Origin: an uncultured Clostridia bacterium
Lineage (GTDB): Bacteria; Bacillota; Clostridia; Christensenellales; CAG-917
DNA: 64,000 nt
Assembly (NCBI GenBank): GCA_944363035.1
Contig: CALVTS010000006.1
Location: 14,382-78,381 of the forward strand
Direction: 5' to 3'
The stretch's first letter is position 1; the number at the start of each line of letters is the position of its first letter. Below, piece after piece: positions 63,499 through 64,000 of the stretch. The position numbers were made by a program, and so were the translations under genes. The notes under the pieces were generated by a model. The model did not search any database, was not told the DNA's origin, and worked only from the letters and a program-made list of their open reading frames with translations.

Positions 63499-64000
63499 TC
63501 AGTCCTCTCCCTCCTCGTCCGCCGCAGGAACGGGGACAAGTTCCTCCTCGGACTGCGGTTCCCGAGCGTCGGCGGCTTCAGCCCTCTGTCTCTCCACCAC
63601 GGGAAGGGTGATGACTCCGAAGGGGAACCCCGTCTTCTTGAACCCGAGGGTCTGATCCTTTTTGACCGCGAGGATGCCCGTGAGAAGAGGGAATGTGATG
63701 AACACCAGCGAGAGGATGAGCATGACGACCAGCACCACCCACATGAGAGCGCCGTCTCCGAACCAAGCCACAAAACCCTCGTATATCCTGTCCGTGCGCA
63801 TTATCGCGTCGACGGGGTTGAGCTGCTCGAAGGGCAGAGGATCCGCCGCATAGGGCATTATCGCGATAAAGACGTAGACGAGGGGGACGGTGAGCACGGT
63901 GGAAAACGCCGTGATGCCTATGGTCAGCCCGTTGCGGAGTTTCCTGTCCTCGACGGTGATGCCGACGTTGGAAAAGAGCATTATGCCGCACGCCATGGTG
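63499..64000 (-). CDS. membrane protein, partial (5' end probably beyond window)
   Basis: TM-rich ORF with an acidic C-terminal tail. No in-frame stop before the window edge. Family not recognised. Confidence 0.5.
   Translation of the reverse strand, partial: TMACGIMLFSNVGITVEDRKLRNGLTIGITAFSTVLTVPLVYVFIAIMPYAADPLPFEQLNPVDAIMRTDRIYEGFVAWFGDGALMWVVLVVMLILSLVFITFPLLTGILAVKKDQTLGFKKTGFPFGVITLPVVERQRAEAADAREPQSEEELVPVPAADEEGED

Noticed and set aside
58038-63773. Long ORFs 58038..60044 (+), 60207..61568 (-), 61653..63773 (-)
   Set aside because: They are antisense to the membrane/TPR genes and to asd-dapA-dapB. They show no motifs and biased composition.

Overview
GC-rich bacterial chromosomal segment. 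Gene content and strong GGAGG-type ribosome-binding sites suggest Bacillota, probably a Clostridia-like anaerobe: AddAB rather than RecBCD, type-2 GalT, single-chain GlyQS, Lgt, DivIVA. This taxon call is inference only. About 45 protein genes, mostly housekeeping. In order: ppdK (runs off the left edge), corA, addA/addB, pncB-lgt-galK with divergent galT, and two paralogous fused ABC ATPase-FtsX permeases. Then a Na/Pi cotransporter with an OmpR-type response regulator and histidine kinase, tcdA-THUMP methyltransferase-dtd, an ArsR-HMA-P1B ATPase metal cassette, uvrA/uvrB, an acyl-CoA synthetase, glyQS and asd-dapA-dapB. Many long ORFs in the track are antisense shadows of these genes, as expected at high GC. 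I found no rRNA, tRNA, CRISPR array, transposase, integrase or recognisable defence system. The unusual content is noncoding. (1) A MITE-like foldback element of about 250-300 bp has two full copies and at least six fragments, all intergenic; one copy supplies the stop codon of a shortened LMW-PTP gene. (2) Two same-orientation copies of a hairpin-dense conserved noncoding element (about 340 and 520 nt) sit in the only two gene-free gaps longer than 1 kb. They are a candidate novel structured RNA; copy 2 carries small modular hairpin insertions and a well-placed promoter. (3) Twin 71-bp palindromes lie 237 bp apart. (4) A 321-bp segment bounded by inverted repeats contains a strictly 32-bp-periodic box array upstream of an XRE gene. 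(5) A C10/G10 tract lies inside the -35/-10 spacer of a lipoprotein promoter. Also notable: DapB fused to aspartokinase-type ACT domains, and no T-box or L-box leaders on glyQS and asd. All functional calls rest on motif recognition by eye; no database search was run.
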